Source: Setoptus koraiensis (taxonomy: Eukaryota > Animalia > Arthropoda). Taken from it: a stretch of 64,000 nucleotides of DNA. The notes below the pieces were generated by a model. The model was not told the origin of the DNA. It saw nothing but the letters and a program-made list of their open reading frames with translations, and did no database searches. The stretch lies in the NCBI GenBank assembly GCA_048013815.1, contig CM106585.1, positions 14,570,001-14,634,000 on the forward strand. Direction: 5' to 3'. Positions 1 through 12,635 of this stretch are shown here, one piece after another. Positions within the stretch are counted from its first letter, which is position 1. Every line of letters begins with the position of its first letter. Both the position numbers and the translations under genes were made by a program.

Positions 1-2
1 GG

Positions 3-3000
3 ATATTTAGTGGAACTGTCAGAGACAATATCCTATTTGGCAGTAACTACAATAAAGAACGTTACTGGACTGTGGTGAAAGCGTGCAGCTTAAGTCGTGA
101 TATTGAACTCCTAGATAACGGAGATACAACCTATATCAACGATAATGGAAACTCACTCAGTGGCGGCCAAAAGGCTCGCATTTCTCTGGCTAGATGTCTG
201 TACAAAGATTGTGATATCTATCTTCTAGATGATCCCCTGAGCGCTGTTGATTCGCACGTTTCAGACCACATTTTCAATGAGGCCATCAAGAGTTTTCTGA
301 AGAAAAAAGCGGTGTTATTGTCAACGCACCAATCACAATATCTCGAACATTGTGACACAGTGCTTGCCATTGATCAGGGGCATTGCAAAGCTTTGTGCAC
401 ATATACAGAGCTCAAAACAAGAAATGCTGATTATCTTACCAAGATAGGTGCCAGTAAGGGCACTGGTGTGGCAGCTCCTATTAAGAAGAAACCGCTATCA
501 ATTTCTGCCAGCTCCGCATTGTTTCCACCAAAAGAATACCTTGAAACCAAAGCCAAGATGCCTCCGATACATCAGATGAGCAGCAACAACAATTTGAAAT
601 CATCGACAAGCAGCAACACAATTGTCCGCGATGTGTCGACTGTTGAAGCGATGAAACGGAATTCTCTTTCCGTTTCATCTACCGGCTGTCGTGATGATGA
701 CAATATCAAGTCAAATGTTGAGCTCGTGCTTACAAATGAGCCGATATTTGCCCGTCTTGATAGATCGTGTACCACGGAGAAGCGACCAGTATTAGAAGAT
801 GGCACTAATGAGCTCGAGAAGTCATCAAACAACAAGCAATCGAACGAACCAGAAGAGGAGAGTATGAACAGAGAATTTGGTAGTGTCAGAGTTTTGTGGG
901 ACTTTTATACTGGCAATTCTATGTTGAATTTCATCTCGGTTATTGTAGCATACTTGATGAGTCAGTTAGTCTTCACACTTATAGATGTATATTTAACTGT
1001 TTGGACAATAGTGGAGCAAGAACGCGATAGAATGGCCGTGTCCATTGGAGCACCTCATACTTTGCATTATATTGGCCTGGACAACGACACCATAGATCCC
1101 ATCATAATATCTGGTCAGCAGGTGGCAGCACTCGAGCCCATTAATAACATGACTAGTCTATATAGACCATTTTACAGATTGATCAAAGATTTTCACAGTG
1201 AACAACAGGCAATTGTTTACACGTGTCTCATTATCGTATTATTTGTGACGGCTTGTCTGAAAAGTTCTCTATTCTATCGCATGTGCAGCAAATCGGCCGA
1301 CTTATTATACAAACGATTATTCAATAGTGCCCTGTTTGCACAAGTGGCCTTCTTTGATAAAAATCCCATCGGAAGATTCCTAAATCGAGCAACCAGAGAC
1401 ATGGGAAGCGTAGACGAATCGATGCCCGCTACATCTTTTGCTGCTTTCGAGATATTGCTTCAATGGCTCACATCGGTCATTCTGGTGACAACCATTGATT
1501 CAGCATTGTTTGCGCCTGCCTCGATAATTATTCTGATGTTTATCATCATACATCGCGTGTATGTGCCACCATTGAAAGATATACAACGTCTAGAGAATAT
1601 GTGCAAGAGTCCGATATTGTCGCACCTGAGCAGCTCCGTCAATGGACTGGCCGTCATAAGATCCACAACAGGTGCTGAATTGAATTTTGAACGAATGTTT
1701 ATGCGGCACCTAGATCAGCATTCGTCTGTTTTTGTATTGTTTATAGGCTGCAACAGATGGATTGCGGTAGTTTTAGATTGGATCAATTGTGCATTTGTTG
1801 TGACAATCACCCTGTATGCCATCATAAGCCAAATGGAGGGACCGTCGGCCGGATTACTAATCACGAGTGGCATACTAATGTGCGGGCTAGCTCAGCACGG
1901 TGCTCTAAAATTGGCCAACACCGAATCATTGGCAACTAGCATTGAGCGAATAAATGAATATTGTCGACTGCCGCAAGAGGAAACTATCACCGGCAGTGAT
2001 AATGGACACTCCAGTGGCAAGAGAAAGAATAGAAGCGACAAACGTCAAATTCACAAGAGAATGTGGATGTCATCAAGTGGTAGAATAGAATTCAAAAGTG
2101 TCGATCTGTATTATAACAAATTAGCGCGACCAGTTTTGAACGATCTAACACTGACAATTGAATCAGGCGAGAAGATTGGAGTGGTGGGTAGAACGGGCGC
2201 AGGAAAGTCATCTATATTGACAGTGTTGTATAGACTGTACGATTACGACGGCACCATTCTCATAGACGACATTGATATTAAAAAATTAAACTTGCAAGAT
2301 TTACGCAGCAATTTAAGTATCATACCCCAAGATCCGATTTTGTTTTCAAACACAGTCCGGTATAACATAGATCCGTTCAATGATTATGATGACGATAGTA
2401 TCTGGAAAGCGCTAGAATGTGCCCAATTGAAGGAGGCCATAGCGAGTATGGAGCAGGGCCTGGAAACGCGTTTGAATGCCTCAGGTACGTCGATCTACGG
2501 TTTTTGTTGTAGGTCGGTGCACGACTCACAACAAAAACACACACACAGTTGTTGAAACAACACAACTCCGAATTCAAACGCCGATTGATTCTTGATTGAT
2601 GAATGATAAATCTATCCTTCATTACTGCCCCTATACGCCAAACAAATTCACAGGTGGAAATCTGTCTGTTGGACAGAAGCAGCTAATGTGTCTAGCCCGA
2701 GCTTTGTTGAGGCGCAACAAAATCCTCGTAATGGACGAGGCCACGGCCAACGTTGATTCCGGCACCGATGACATCATACAAAACACAGTCAGGACTAAAT
2801 TTTCCGCTTGCACAGTGATCATAATAGCTCACAGACTCAACACAATAATTGACTGTGATCGCATCGTTGTGATGAGCAATGGCAAAATGGTGGAAATCGA
2901 TGAGCCATACATTCTAATGAACAAACCCAATGGGGTATTCGCTGGCATGGTGGACGCTTTAGGTCAATCAGCAAAAGAACGATTGACTACTCTGGCAAAA

Positions 3001-3042
3001 CAATCTTACGAGGCAAAAAGGAACTCAGTTAGAGCTGTTTAG
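3..3042 (+). CDS. ABC transporter subfamily C (MRP4-like), 5'-partial; exons <3..2484 and 2654..3042
   Basis: Frame is open from base 3 (IFSGTVRDNILFG). NBD1 signature LSGGQKARISLAR and Walker B IYLLDD, then TMD2, then NBD2 Walker A GRTGAGKS. A GT..AG intron 2485..2653 (tcag|gtacgt ... cacag|gtgga) joins NASG to GNLSVGQKQLMCLARALL..LVMDEATA. Confidence 0.93.
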
Positions 3043-3148
3043 AGAGGCGTATAGAGAGCGAGAGATTCGTGTTCAGCGTCGCACAATTAATAAAGAAACA
3101 AGACACAACTTAATCTGTAGTAACATTAAATACAAAAAATAAGCGATA

Positions 3149-3167
3149 CCAGGGGCGCTATCTGGTG
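3149..3167. promoter_or_regulatory. CTCF-like motif (CCAGGGGCGC on +, overlapping CACCAGATAGCGCC on -)
   Basis: Sequence ccaggggcgctatctggtg about 105 bp after the ABCC stop; resembles the remembered CTCF consensus; motif match only. Confidence 0.35.
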
Positions 3168-5214
3168 AGAAAATCTATGTTACGTGTGGGCCATGTTTTG
3201 ATTTTTTATTTCCCAATCTCTCGCTCTCTCTCTCTCTCTCTCTCTCCCACTCGCGTGCCCCTCGATCGCAATAGGTCACCAGTGACACAACACACAGGAT
3301 CAAGATGACACACAAGTCGAAAAGTTTGAAGAGATTGTATCAAGGCTGTATTGAGGTCAACTGACGATTACTGACCCTGCCCGCGTTGTGGTTGCATAAA
3401 TGGTTGATCGTCTGCATTCATCTGCACCGCGTCATCGTCGATTAAATCTACTAACCGAGAGAGAGGTGTGCCATTGTAACGTGTTCCATGGTCATTAGAC
3501 GACATCCTAATCTGTCCTATGATAATCGTTTCCTGTTGTCGTTGATATGGTCATTGTTATTGGCATTGGTGGTGCTGCCGCTGCTGTTATTGTTGTGGAT
3601 GCTGTTGCCACTGTTTTGGCTTTGTCAATCACCAGAACGAAAGAATACTTGAACTGGAGCGGTATTGTTTGGTTAGGTGGTTTGGTTAGAAGAGGAGCGG
3701 GGGCCCGCTCAAAATGAAATTCGCGATAGTCGGACGACATCGGAACTAGTGAGCAACATGAAACATGAGGTGAAAACGAAAATTTGTGCGAGTATGAGAC
3801 GAATTTTGAGAAGTTGCCACAACGAGGTCATTGTTGATGGTAGCGACGACTAGTTTGGTTGTTGTTACTTATGTGGATAGTGATCAATGTTGCGTGTATG
3901 AGTCAATCGTTTATCGATTACACACAATATTGCACATGCTGCTGCTGCTGCTGCTACTGCTACTGTAGCTTTACGTAACATAACACGGGGTCCTTGGGGG
4001 ATAAATGTTACATCACCGGCCAACAGTAGTAATAGTGTTAGTGTTGTGTAACACACACTCAACAATGGGGCAACATATCAACTAGAGATAGACAGATAGT
4101 CGGCTGGCAGTGAAAGTGATCATACTGCCCTCATCATGCAAGGACTATCAACAACTATTTCTTTTGAAATAAAGCTGTTGTCAGACTATTGCTTGCAATG
4201 GACAGACAGACAGAGGGAATGACAAATAACAAAAAGAATGCATCTCATGTTCACTTCTTCATCTGACAGTGGCACCAGTGAATTAGACTGAGGCCAGTTC
4301 GAAATGGTCGTACAGTGTTAACATTGGCAACATGGTACAGGTTTGAAGGCTAAATATTTGTGTGTTGTGCAATGGTCAAATCGAGTTGAATGCGATGACC
4401 ATTACTTATGTATCAGTGTTGTTGATGCCTGGTCCGTTGGGATTTCGGACTCACATCAACAAGCACATCATATCGACACACACTGATGGCACGGATAACG
4501 GTGTTAGCAAGCGAGCTATTATTATCATTAATTTATCACGTATTATTGAATCGTGATTCGTGTTGTGTTTCAAATTATGAACCACCACACTGCTGCTGCT
4601 GCTGTCCAGGCGTCGCACAATAATACGTTGCTGCCAGTCGCACTAACTGCCGCAACTACCATTACCATGTAACAATAACAACGACAACAACCGAGCCAAG
4701 CCACCGAGAAGAAAAACAAGTCGCCCTGTTGGCGCTCACTTCCGGAAAGCACCACTCTACAAGACATCATCCATGTCCGGTGCAATAGGATGGACATGAT
4801 GTATACTTGACATAGGCACACTGATAATGGTATTGGTTTTATTTTATTACCATTATTACGTGTCTATTGTTATGCTGTATTCTCTCGTGTGTGTGTGTGT
4901 GCGTGTGTGTGTAGCGACTAGATATAAACTGGACAATTTAACTGCAGTGTGTGTCTGTGTCATATAACGTGTGTGTGTGATTGTAGACTACCCATCCATC
5001 GATATACATACATATTGATATATCCACATGTGTATCAAACTCACAAACGACGATCAATGAGTTTAGTGTGCAAATCACGCAATGTCCTTTATTTACACGC
5101 AACTCCTGACGGGCAACTCCTGTTTTCCGTTACGCACAGCATAGGCCGTTATGAGAAACATCACCGTTATCATCAACAAAAGAGACTCTATCTCTTATCA
5201 TTTACCTGTTTGTT

Positions 5215-5258
5215 AGTGCGCTAACGATCTAGCGTCGAAGCAAGATCGTTAGCGCACT
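5215..5258. repeat. Perfect 16-bp inverted repeat with 12-nt loop (hairpin)
   Basis: agtgcgctaacgatct (5215..5230) and its exact reverse complement agatcgttagcgcact (5243..5258). Confidence 0.95.
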
Positions 5259-5434
5259 CCAAGCTGATCGGTGTCGGATATGTGACATCCAGCCAGACTA
5301 ATTGCTGTCAGACTGCTAATTCGTTGCAAACGATCGAGCATTTGATCGGTTGTAAGCGGACAAAAGCTTACGTCATACGGAGTGCACGGCCAACGAAAAA
5401 CGTCGGGAAACAAATGAGCCGTTAAACGCGCCAC
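5249..5434 (-). pseudogene. Isolated leucine-rich-repeat-like coding fragment (F-box/LRR or KDM2/FBXL19 C-terminal type), relic or orphan exon
   Basis: Translation YDVSFCPLTTDQMLDRLQRISSLTAISLAGCHISD fits a cysteine-containing LRR pattern; an in-frame stop lies just upstream and no partner exons were found. Confidence 0.25.
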
Positions 5435-6579
5435 GGCAAATCACACAAAGTCTTCAGCTGACTTAGGCTGTGTTAGTTTGTGGCCTATATTGACAATTTG
5501 AACAAACACAACTTATAGGCCATTAGCATCGTGTTGTTGGGCCCCAATGAATGGAATAGATCGGAAACTGCATACGTACACACACACACACACACATTTA
5601 GTAGTCAGATAAAATGTAAGCAAATAAGCACGTTGGCACCATAATAAGTTGGCATGAAAAAATCGATTTATTTTGCCATCTGGTAACACAAAATAGCAAG
5701 CTCAAGTTGAGAATTTCGGTCCAATTAGATAACATTAACGGTGCTGTTCACCTGTTTTCGGCACTCTGAACAAATGCAGCGCGATGCAAGTTTGAGAAAC
5801 AGACACAACCGCTGCCATTCTGGGCAGCAGACATTGTGTGACGCAGACCTATGATCAGGGCTCGAGGTATCAGATAGTGCTAACAACCATGGATGTGATT
5901 GACAGTATAGCCAGAGGCGCGCAACAAGAAAACGATAAACAAATTTGGCGCTGATGGGTGCAGATTGAAATTGCGGCAATAGTATATCAATTAGCATATG
6001 TTTCTATCGGGCTCATGATGATGATTCATGTATATTCATGAGACAATCATGTTGTTGCAATGATTGTTACATAACGTGTGCGTGCGCGTGTGTGTGTGTG
6101 TGCTTTATGGAAACACACGCACACGCACGCTGATTGTAAGACACACAATTGACAAGGATAGAACGTGACGGAGACAGGCGCGTTTGCGTTATAAATCAAA
6201 TGACTTGCGGACGACATTGGTGTTGTTATTATTAAAGTGGCGCGCTCACAAGTTGATGATAATTTGCAACAAAAGAACAGCACATTGTACTTGTTCCTAC
6301 AGTTACGCTGCAGCAGGCAGCAAATTGAGCAAGCAGCAAAACTAAAGTGACGACCAACAACAACAACAACAATGACATCGCCTCTACATCACAATCATCA
6401 AGTGAGCTAATCGATAATTACATTCGAACTGAGCGGCAAATAATTGCCTCGTTCTGGGCGCTTGCTATATGCGTTCATAGAGCAACTGCCATCGATTACG
6501 GCACAATCACAGTGGATTGACACGAAATTAATTTTGTGCGCAAGCGGCGTCTGAGGAACCCCCGTTCGCCCGTATGAGA

Positions 6580-6638
6580 TGCCCGTGCAAACGGGCAGCT
6601 CCGGGCTTCAGGGAAATCCCCGAACCCCGAAGCTGCCC
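6580..6638. other. Two overlapping, mutually exclusive GC-rich hairpins upstream of FoxQ2
   Basis: tgcccgt-GCAA-acgggca (6580..6597) overlaps gggcagctccgggcttcaggg-aaat-ccccgaaccccgaagctgccc (6593..6638; 21-bp stem, 3 mismatches). Confidence 0.6.
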
Positions 6639-7446
6639 ATTTGTATGTTGGGCACAAATCGGTGGGATTCTCATTAAAATCGGTGGGCGGATTTCGTGCG
6701 TGTGTGTGTGTGTGTGTTGCTCTGTGTGTTGTTCATGTGATTGCGCTGGCAAATCATTCGATTTGGCGATCAACTGTTGTTGTTTCGCCTGGATGCGCGT
6801 CACTCGGTGCGCACAAGCCCAAACCCAATGGAGCAATCGAACGAGGCCTATAGTTTGTTTTGGTGTGAGCTTCATTCGAGTAGAGAGTGCCCTCCCCCTT
6901 GTTTAGCCCTCCGTCGAATTGTGATGTGTGTTGATGTTTGTGTGTTGATTTGTGTGTGTGTGTGCGTTGTGTTTATGCGAATAGATGTTTGCCTTTGGTC
7001 GAGGGCCTGCGCAATCAGCGACGAGCGTGTGTGTTGTGCTTGTTTGCTGCAACCGTCGTTGTTGTTCTATAACAGAGAGCAGTTATCGCACACACACACG
7101 CACATATTCTATACAAGTTCGGTGGGCGGAAAACCGGCTCGAGTTGTCGAACATTTTCGGTTTCACTCGTGCGCTCGCGCTCGATTATTCGGCTCGATAT
7201 AACAAATCGTCAGCAAATAAATCATTTAGAATTGAATCATTCGAAATCAAATATCCGAAACATATCCGAACATATCCGAATTAAGAAATTTTTAACAATT
7301 TTAAAATCAAAATCAATTTTAATGGGCAATTCAGGCTTGCAGTTGCACAGTTCGTAAGTAAGAATTGATTGTTTTCGCAACCGCGATTTTCGTTTCCAGT
7401 GAGAATCCCAGCGTGAGGAGCACGAGGCAGCAAAGGCTCACGAACG

Positions 7447-8055
7447 ATGATCAACAACAGTATCAATAAGCATCATCATTTGTCATCAACTACCAACAAT
7501 CAACTTGGCAAGCTCATGTCACCACCACTGCACAACACAAGCAACAGTATCAACAGTTATTTGATTGCATCGGCGAAGCAGCAACAACAACAGCAACACA
7601 TTATGCAAAATCATCATCAACGTATGTCAGCGACATTGGTCGCTCCAGATGCACACTTGCCATTCTCCATTGAGGCCATTCTAAAAACTCAAGAGCAACA
7701 ACAACAACTACACAGCAACCATAGGTACACAACCGCCGACCATCTATCTACCAGCGGAAGTGGTCACTCTACCCCAACAGGATCAACCAACAATCAGGTG
7801 CCCAATTCGTTTGGAGCTGCTGGTGCAACTATCTCGGGTGCCGGAGGGCCCGGTCTGCAGTCTCCCCGGTCGCAGGCCACACAGGTCAATGTCGCGGCTG
7901 CCACAGCGGCCGCGGCCTCCGCCTTCGGTAACCCGAGCTTCATGCCCGGTGGAGCTAACCCCTTGGCCCTTATAATGCACTATCTACAGCAATCTCAACA
8001 ACATCAACAATTATTACATCTTCACCAGTTACATCAACAACAACAACAACAACAA

Positions 8056-8129
<74 letters not shown>

Positions 8130-9609
8130 ACAACAACCTACATCCACCGCCGCGAGTCCGTTTCATTTACCCGACGGTCGCTTGGCCGAGAGGTGGTTGG
8201 CGCGAAAAGTCGTTTGCCCGACTAATCGCAAGACAGATCCCACCAAAGTGCCCCCTGAGCGAATCAACCTACACTTACATCAACAAAACAATCGTGCAAA
8301 ATCCAATCGATTGACAAACAACCAATCAAAGAATCAACCAACTAACGGAACAAATCAACGAATTCAAGCGACCAACAACCCACAAAGCAACCAAGCTAAT
8401 TTTTCTAGATTCGGACAATCGACTAGTCAAGCTAATGAACGCTCAAACAAACAATCGTCGAGCCAATCGACCTCGACAAAACGACCGTTCTTGCAAATGA
8501 TCGAGCAACAGCACCAGCATCCTTCATCTACCGTTGCATACCAGCAACAATTGCATCTACAGACCCTACAATTACATCATCAGCAACATCAGGCGGCTAC
8601 TCAATTAGCAGTGAATGAAAGACAGCAGCAACAACAACAACAATATCTTACCACTAACCAACAACAGACGCAACGCGCGCCCGTCTTTGATGAAATGAAA
8701 CCTGCTCATAGCTATATAGGCTTGATTGCCATGTGTATATTGAGCACTCCAGATAAAAGAATGGTCCTCAACGATATATATCAGTTCATACTGGATAATT
8801 ATGCCTATTTCCGCAATAGGGGTAACGGTTGGCGGAACAGTATTCGGCATAACCTATCGTTGAATCAGTGCTTCAAAAAGTGCGGCAGAGCTGCAAATGG
8901 CAAAGGTCACTTTTGGACCATACATCCGGCGAACATGGAGGATTTCATGAGGGGTGACTTTCGAAGGAGACGAGCTCAGAGGAAAGTTAGACGCCATGAG
9001 GGTCTACATGTTCCAAGCGATGAAAGTGACGATCAAAGTGATGACCCTTCAAAGCCTCCTCTGCCTGAACATTTCAAGAGGTCTCTGATTTATCACCACA
9101 GATTCGAGACACAACAGCAACATGCGAGATCTATGTTACAATCGGTCTCTAGCAACGGCTTTCCGCTTCAGCCCAATAGATCTTATAGTGTGGGCAATTG
9201 TAGCAATGAGCAAAAGGTAGAAGATGCAACTTCTTCAAGAAACTTGCACAACTTCTCGCCTATGACATCTCTTGTCTCTCTATCGAAATCGTTATCTCCT
9301 ACCCACCAATCACCTCTAAATTTGATATCGAACTCACCTTTGACACACAACATAAATCAGATAGATCAATTGGAGGATTGGAGTTCATCGAATCAATTTT
9401 CAATGAACATAACTAGATCGAGTAACAATTTCGATGATTGTATGAGTGATAGATCAGATGACTGTGATACAGAAATAAATGTGGCATCACCGATTATTCA
9501 ACCAATTAGGACCTCTCCCAAGAATTCTTCATTCTCACCTATATCTGTGTCACCATCAGTAATGATGGACACCCAGACTGAAAACCAGCAATCAACATCT
9601 AGAATTTAA
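7447..9609 (+). CDS. FoxQ2: Forkhead box protein Q2 (FoxQ2/fd102C-like), 720 aa
   Basis: Forkhead domain KPAHSYIGLIAMCILSTPDKRMVLNDIYQFI..WRNSIRHNLSLNQCF..GKGHFWTIHPANMEDFMRGDFRRRRAQRKVR (from about 8698) with the FoxQ2-typical C-terminal motif; N-terminal eh1 motif FSIEAIL at 7663..7683. Confidence 0.9.
8035..8136 (+). repeat. Coding CAA/CAG tract, 34 consecutive Gln
   Basis: 102 bp of CAA/CAG codons; the core has a 15-nt period CAACAACAACAGCAG. Confidence 0.97.
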
Positions 9610-11726
9610 TATACCATTATTTAGGACACATTTTATGGTCAGATTGTCATGACTCGATTGGAAAAATTTTATACTACTATTCGGTAATTTTTGTATACAT
9701 AGTCGTACATCAATGAAATGGGTAGGGACGAAGCGCCGACTGCTTGAAACTAGATATCAAAGTGCTCAAATATATGAGTTCAGCTGTCTCTTTTAACGAT
9801 CTGTCCTTCAAATTGTCTCGTCTATTTACTAGAAGTTCCCGAATTTATTGAGTAAATGAACAATAAATATATAATCCAAATATATTCAAATATCTTGCCT
9901 GCACCATCGATACCTTTTCTCAGACCACACAAAAGTCTCACGAGCACTCGAAGTGTTTGAAATATTTCAACTCTAGAAAGCCACCCGAAGCATTGTTCAT
10001 CAGTATTTATATTGTTGGTTCTTAGTTATGTCGAAGAGACAACCTATCGCGAAGCCAATCTCTTGTGATGGACAGTGCTAGAGAGTATATAAAATATGCG
10101 AAAAATGTCTAGTGGTTTACGAATAGATTGATACCAGCAATACTGTTGCACACTATTCATTCGCGTTGTGCAAATATAGACTATATTTGATATCGTTAAT
10201 GCTCTAAGCTAATTATTGATGGTCGAACGCAAGTTAGACCGACCCCGTTTATAAGTTATTGTTGACAATAGCAGAAAGATTAGGATATTATTTAGTTTGA
10301 TGCAAAACTATATATGATGGTGGTGGGACTAAATAAAGATGGTGAGATGTTCGAAGTGTTTACATTAATCGAATTCATAGTTTTGTTTTCCATGTTAGAA
10401 CAACAACAATAAATAAAGAGACAAAAATTGACAATTGAAGGCACGGTTGTTCTTCGGCGTTATTCGAAACTTCTCCCATCTCCAAAGTTGAATGGATGAA
10501 ACGGTTGCAACATCGTCATAGTCATGGGGTGAGTTGCAAATCATAAAGAGTTCTCTCTGTCTGTCACAAATGGTTCCTCTTGAATGGACAATCAATATTT
10601 AAATGTGTGAATTCGTTACAGTTATAAGTAGCACGTGCTTATATGCTGTCTGCTATTCTTCTGGTATTGATTTAGTTTTCTAGTCACGGCTGCCTGCTAG
10701 TTTAGTGGCCGAATTTATTGTCGCCATCGATGTATATTTAAGTTATTTAACCATCCATCTACTGTAAGCGTGCTCTAGTTTTGATGGTCTGACATGTTGT
10801 TGAACAAGACAAGGCTAACATAAACAACAACAACACCAACAACAACAGCAATATAGAGCTGCTATTGGCTCTATTAGTGTCAAGAAATAACACTTACGAC
10901 AAACGAGCAGAGAAGAAATATGTGTGAATATACAATAATAAAATGGTTATATACAACAGCGATAATATTGTTATTATTTCTACAATTACATCATCATATG
11001 TTGTTTAGTTTATGAGTTTGTCTAATGTGGTTAAGCTTCAAAAAGAGCACCATTTATTGTTGCACGTTGTATAGCGGTGCAAGGGGCATTATTATTGTTA
11101 TAGATAGATTACAGGATGCTTAAGAAGATATTGTGTTGGCCATTTGTTGTTGCCATCCAACTAGTGTGAGCATCCAACTCAGTAACAATGCAACAAATGA
11201 ACAACGACACCCAAATCTACGGGGCGCTAATTAGAGCTGGCTGAGTTGTTCATGTTCGTATTACTATTCATAGTTGACAGACAGTAGCAACAACAGCAGC
11301 AACAACAAAAGGGACGACAATCAAAAGTATCAAATGGCGCACTGTATACACGGCTAATTTCCATAATCTGCTCTTCACGAGAGCACTTTATATCCGTGTG
11401 CCGTATTGACAAAACAGTTACTCTGCAATCGTACACCCGCCGGCTAAAGTGAACAAAGTGAGACAGGGAGACAGAAAGAGAGACACGGAGACAGACAGAC
11501 ATACGGACAGGGAAGCAGTCTGACAAACAGTCGGCAAACATAGGTGAGAAGAAAGAGCAACAATGGGAATGAACAAACTTTGTTTGGTTTGCTCCCGATG
11601 GCCACCGATCAAAGCTCTGGCGCGAACAGCAATGGCACCCAAATGTAAACTGGATTTATAATTGGCGAACATGTAAATGCGAAATCGACATGCAGTGCAG
11701 TTCCAACTGTTTTTCAACTGTTTAAG

Positions 11727-12597
11727 CTGTTCCCAAGCCAGAATGGCCAATGTTTGACATCCATGGCGAATATCCGGACCTGAAGCGTTTAACAAATGCA
11801 AATTACCAGTACGTGCCACTGTTAGCACGGCAATAGTTATTAGTTTTTGGGGAAAAAAAGAAGAAAAAAAACTTAAAAGTGCTGACTACAAATGAAAAAT
11901 GAGCATCACTATTGATATTGATTTTGGCTTGGTGTGTGCATTAGGACAAGTGCTGCCAGTACAATTAGATTTTGCAGTTTCGTAAGTTGTCAGTTTATAG
12001 CTTACAGCTTATGTTGCCATAGTGACCACCTTCGGCAAACGCAAAAGACGGACCAGTGCAAAGACGCCAAAATTGTTCCCTGTGATGTGTCCATCATCAC
12101 AGTAAATTACTCTCGCTCTACTGGCACTGCTAATATTTATTCAAATGTCTAATTGACAATCGGCTTTGATGACCGGGACATGCTCACTTTTTTGACTCGA
12201 CCGACCTGTTATCGTTATTATTGCTATTATTGTGTGTGTGTGTGTATTATTTTTCTAACCTATTTCGAGCTGTAATATTGGTTTGATGAAAACACTCAAA
12301 TGAGAGGCGAAGAAGAAGATGCAAAAACTGACCGCACTTTTGACAGCGCCAACAACATCTCGAGATGGTGCTGTGAAAAAATGCAAATCATTTGAATTCA
12401 AATTCGAATTAAAGCAGCAACTGAAGCTCCTATAAGAGGCTGCCACGTCACAGGCAAAGAGCGCCAGAGAGAGAAACATTTTGCAGCAAATCCAATTCCA
12501 CTTGTTCTCTCAAACAAAACAGACAATAGTCGGGGCTACTGCACTTGACCTGACTTGAATTCTATTCAATTGATTGACGACTTTCTAAAGAAATAAC

Positions 12598-12635
<38 letters not shown>

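Noticed and set aside
2485-2653. Frameshift or split of the ABCC gene into two ORFs
   Set aside because: Explained by a canonical 169-nt phase-1 intron.
6551-6620. Hammerhead ribozyme (CUGAGGA ... GAAA)
   Set aside because: No stem II closes between CTGAGGA (6551) and GAAA (about 6613), and no matching stems I/III with an NUH site were found.
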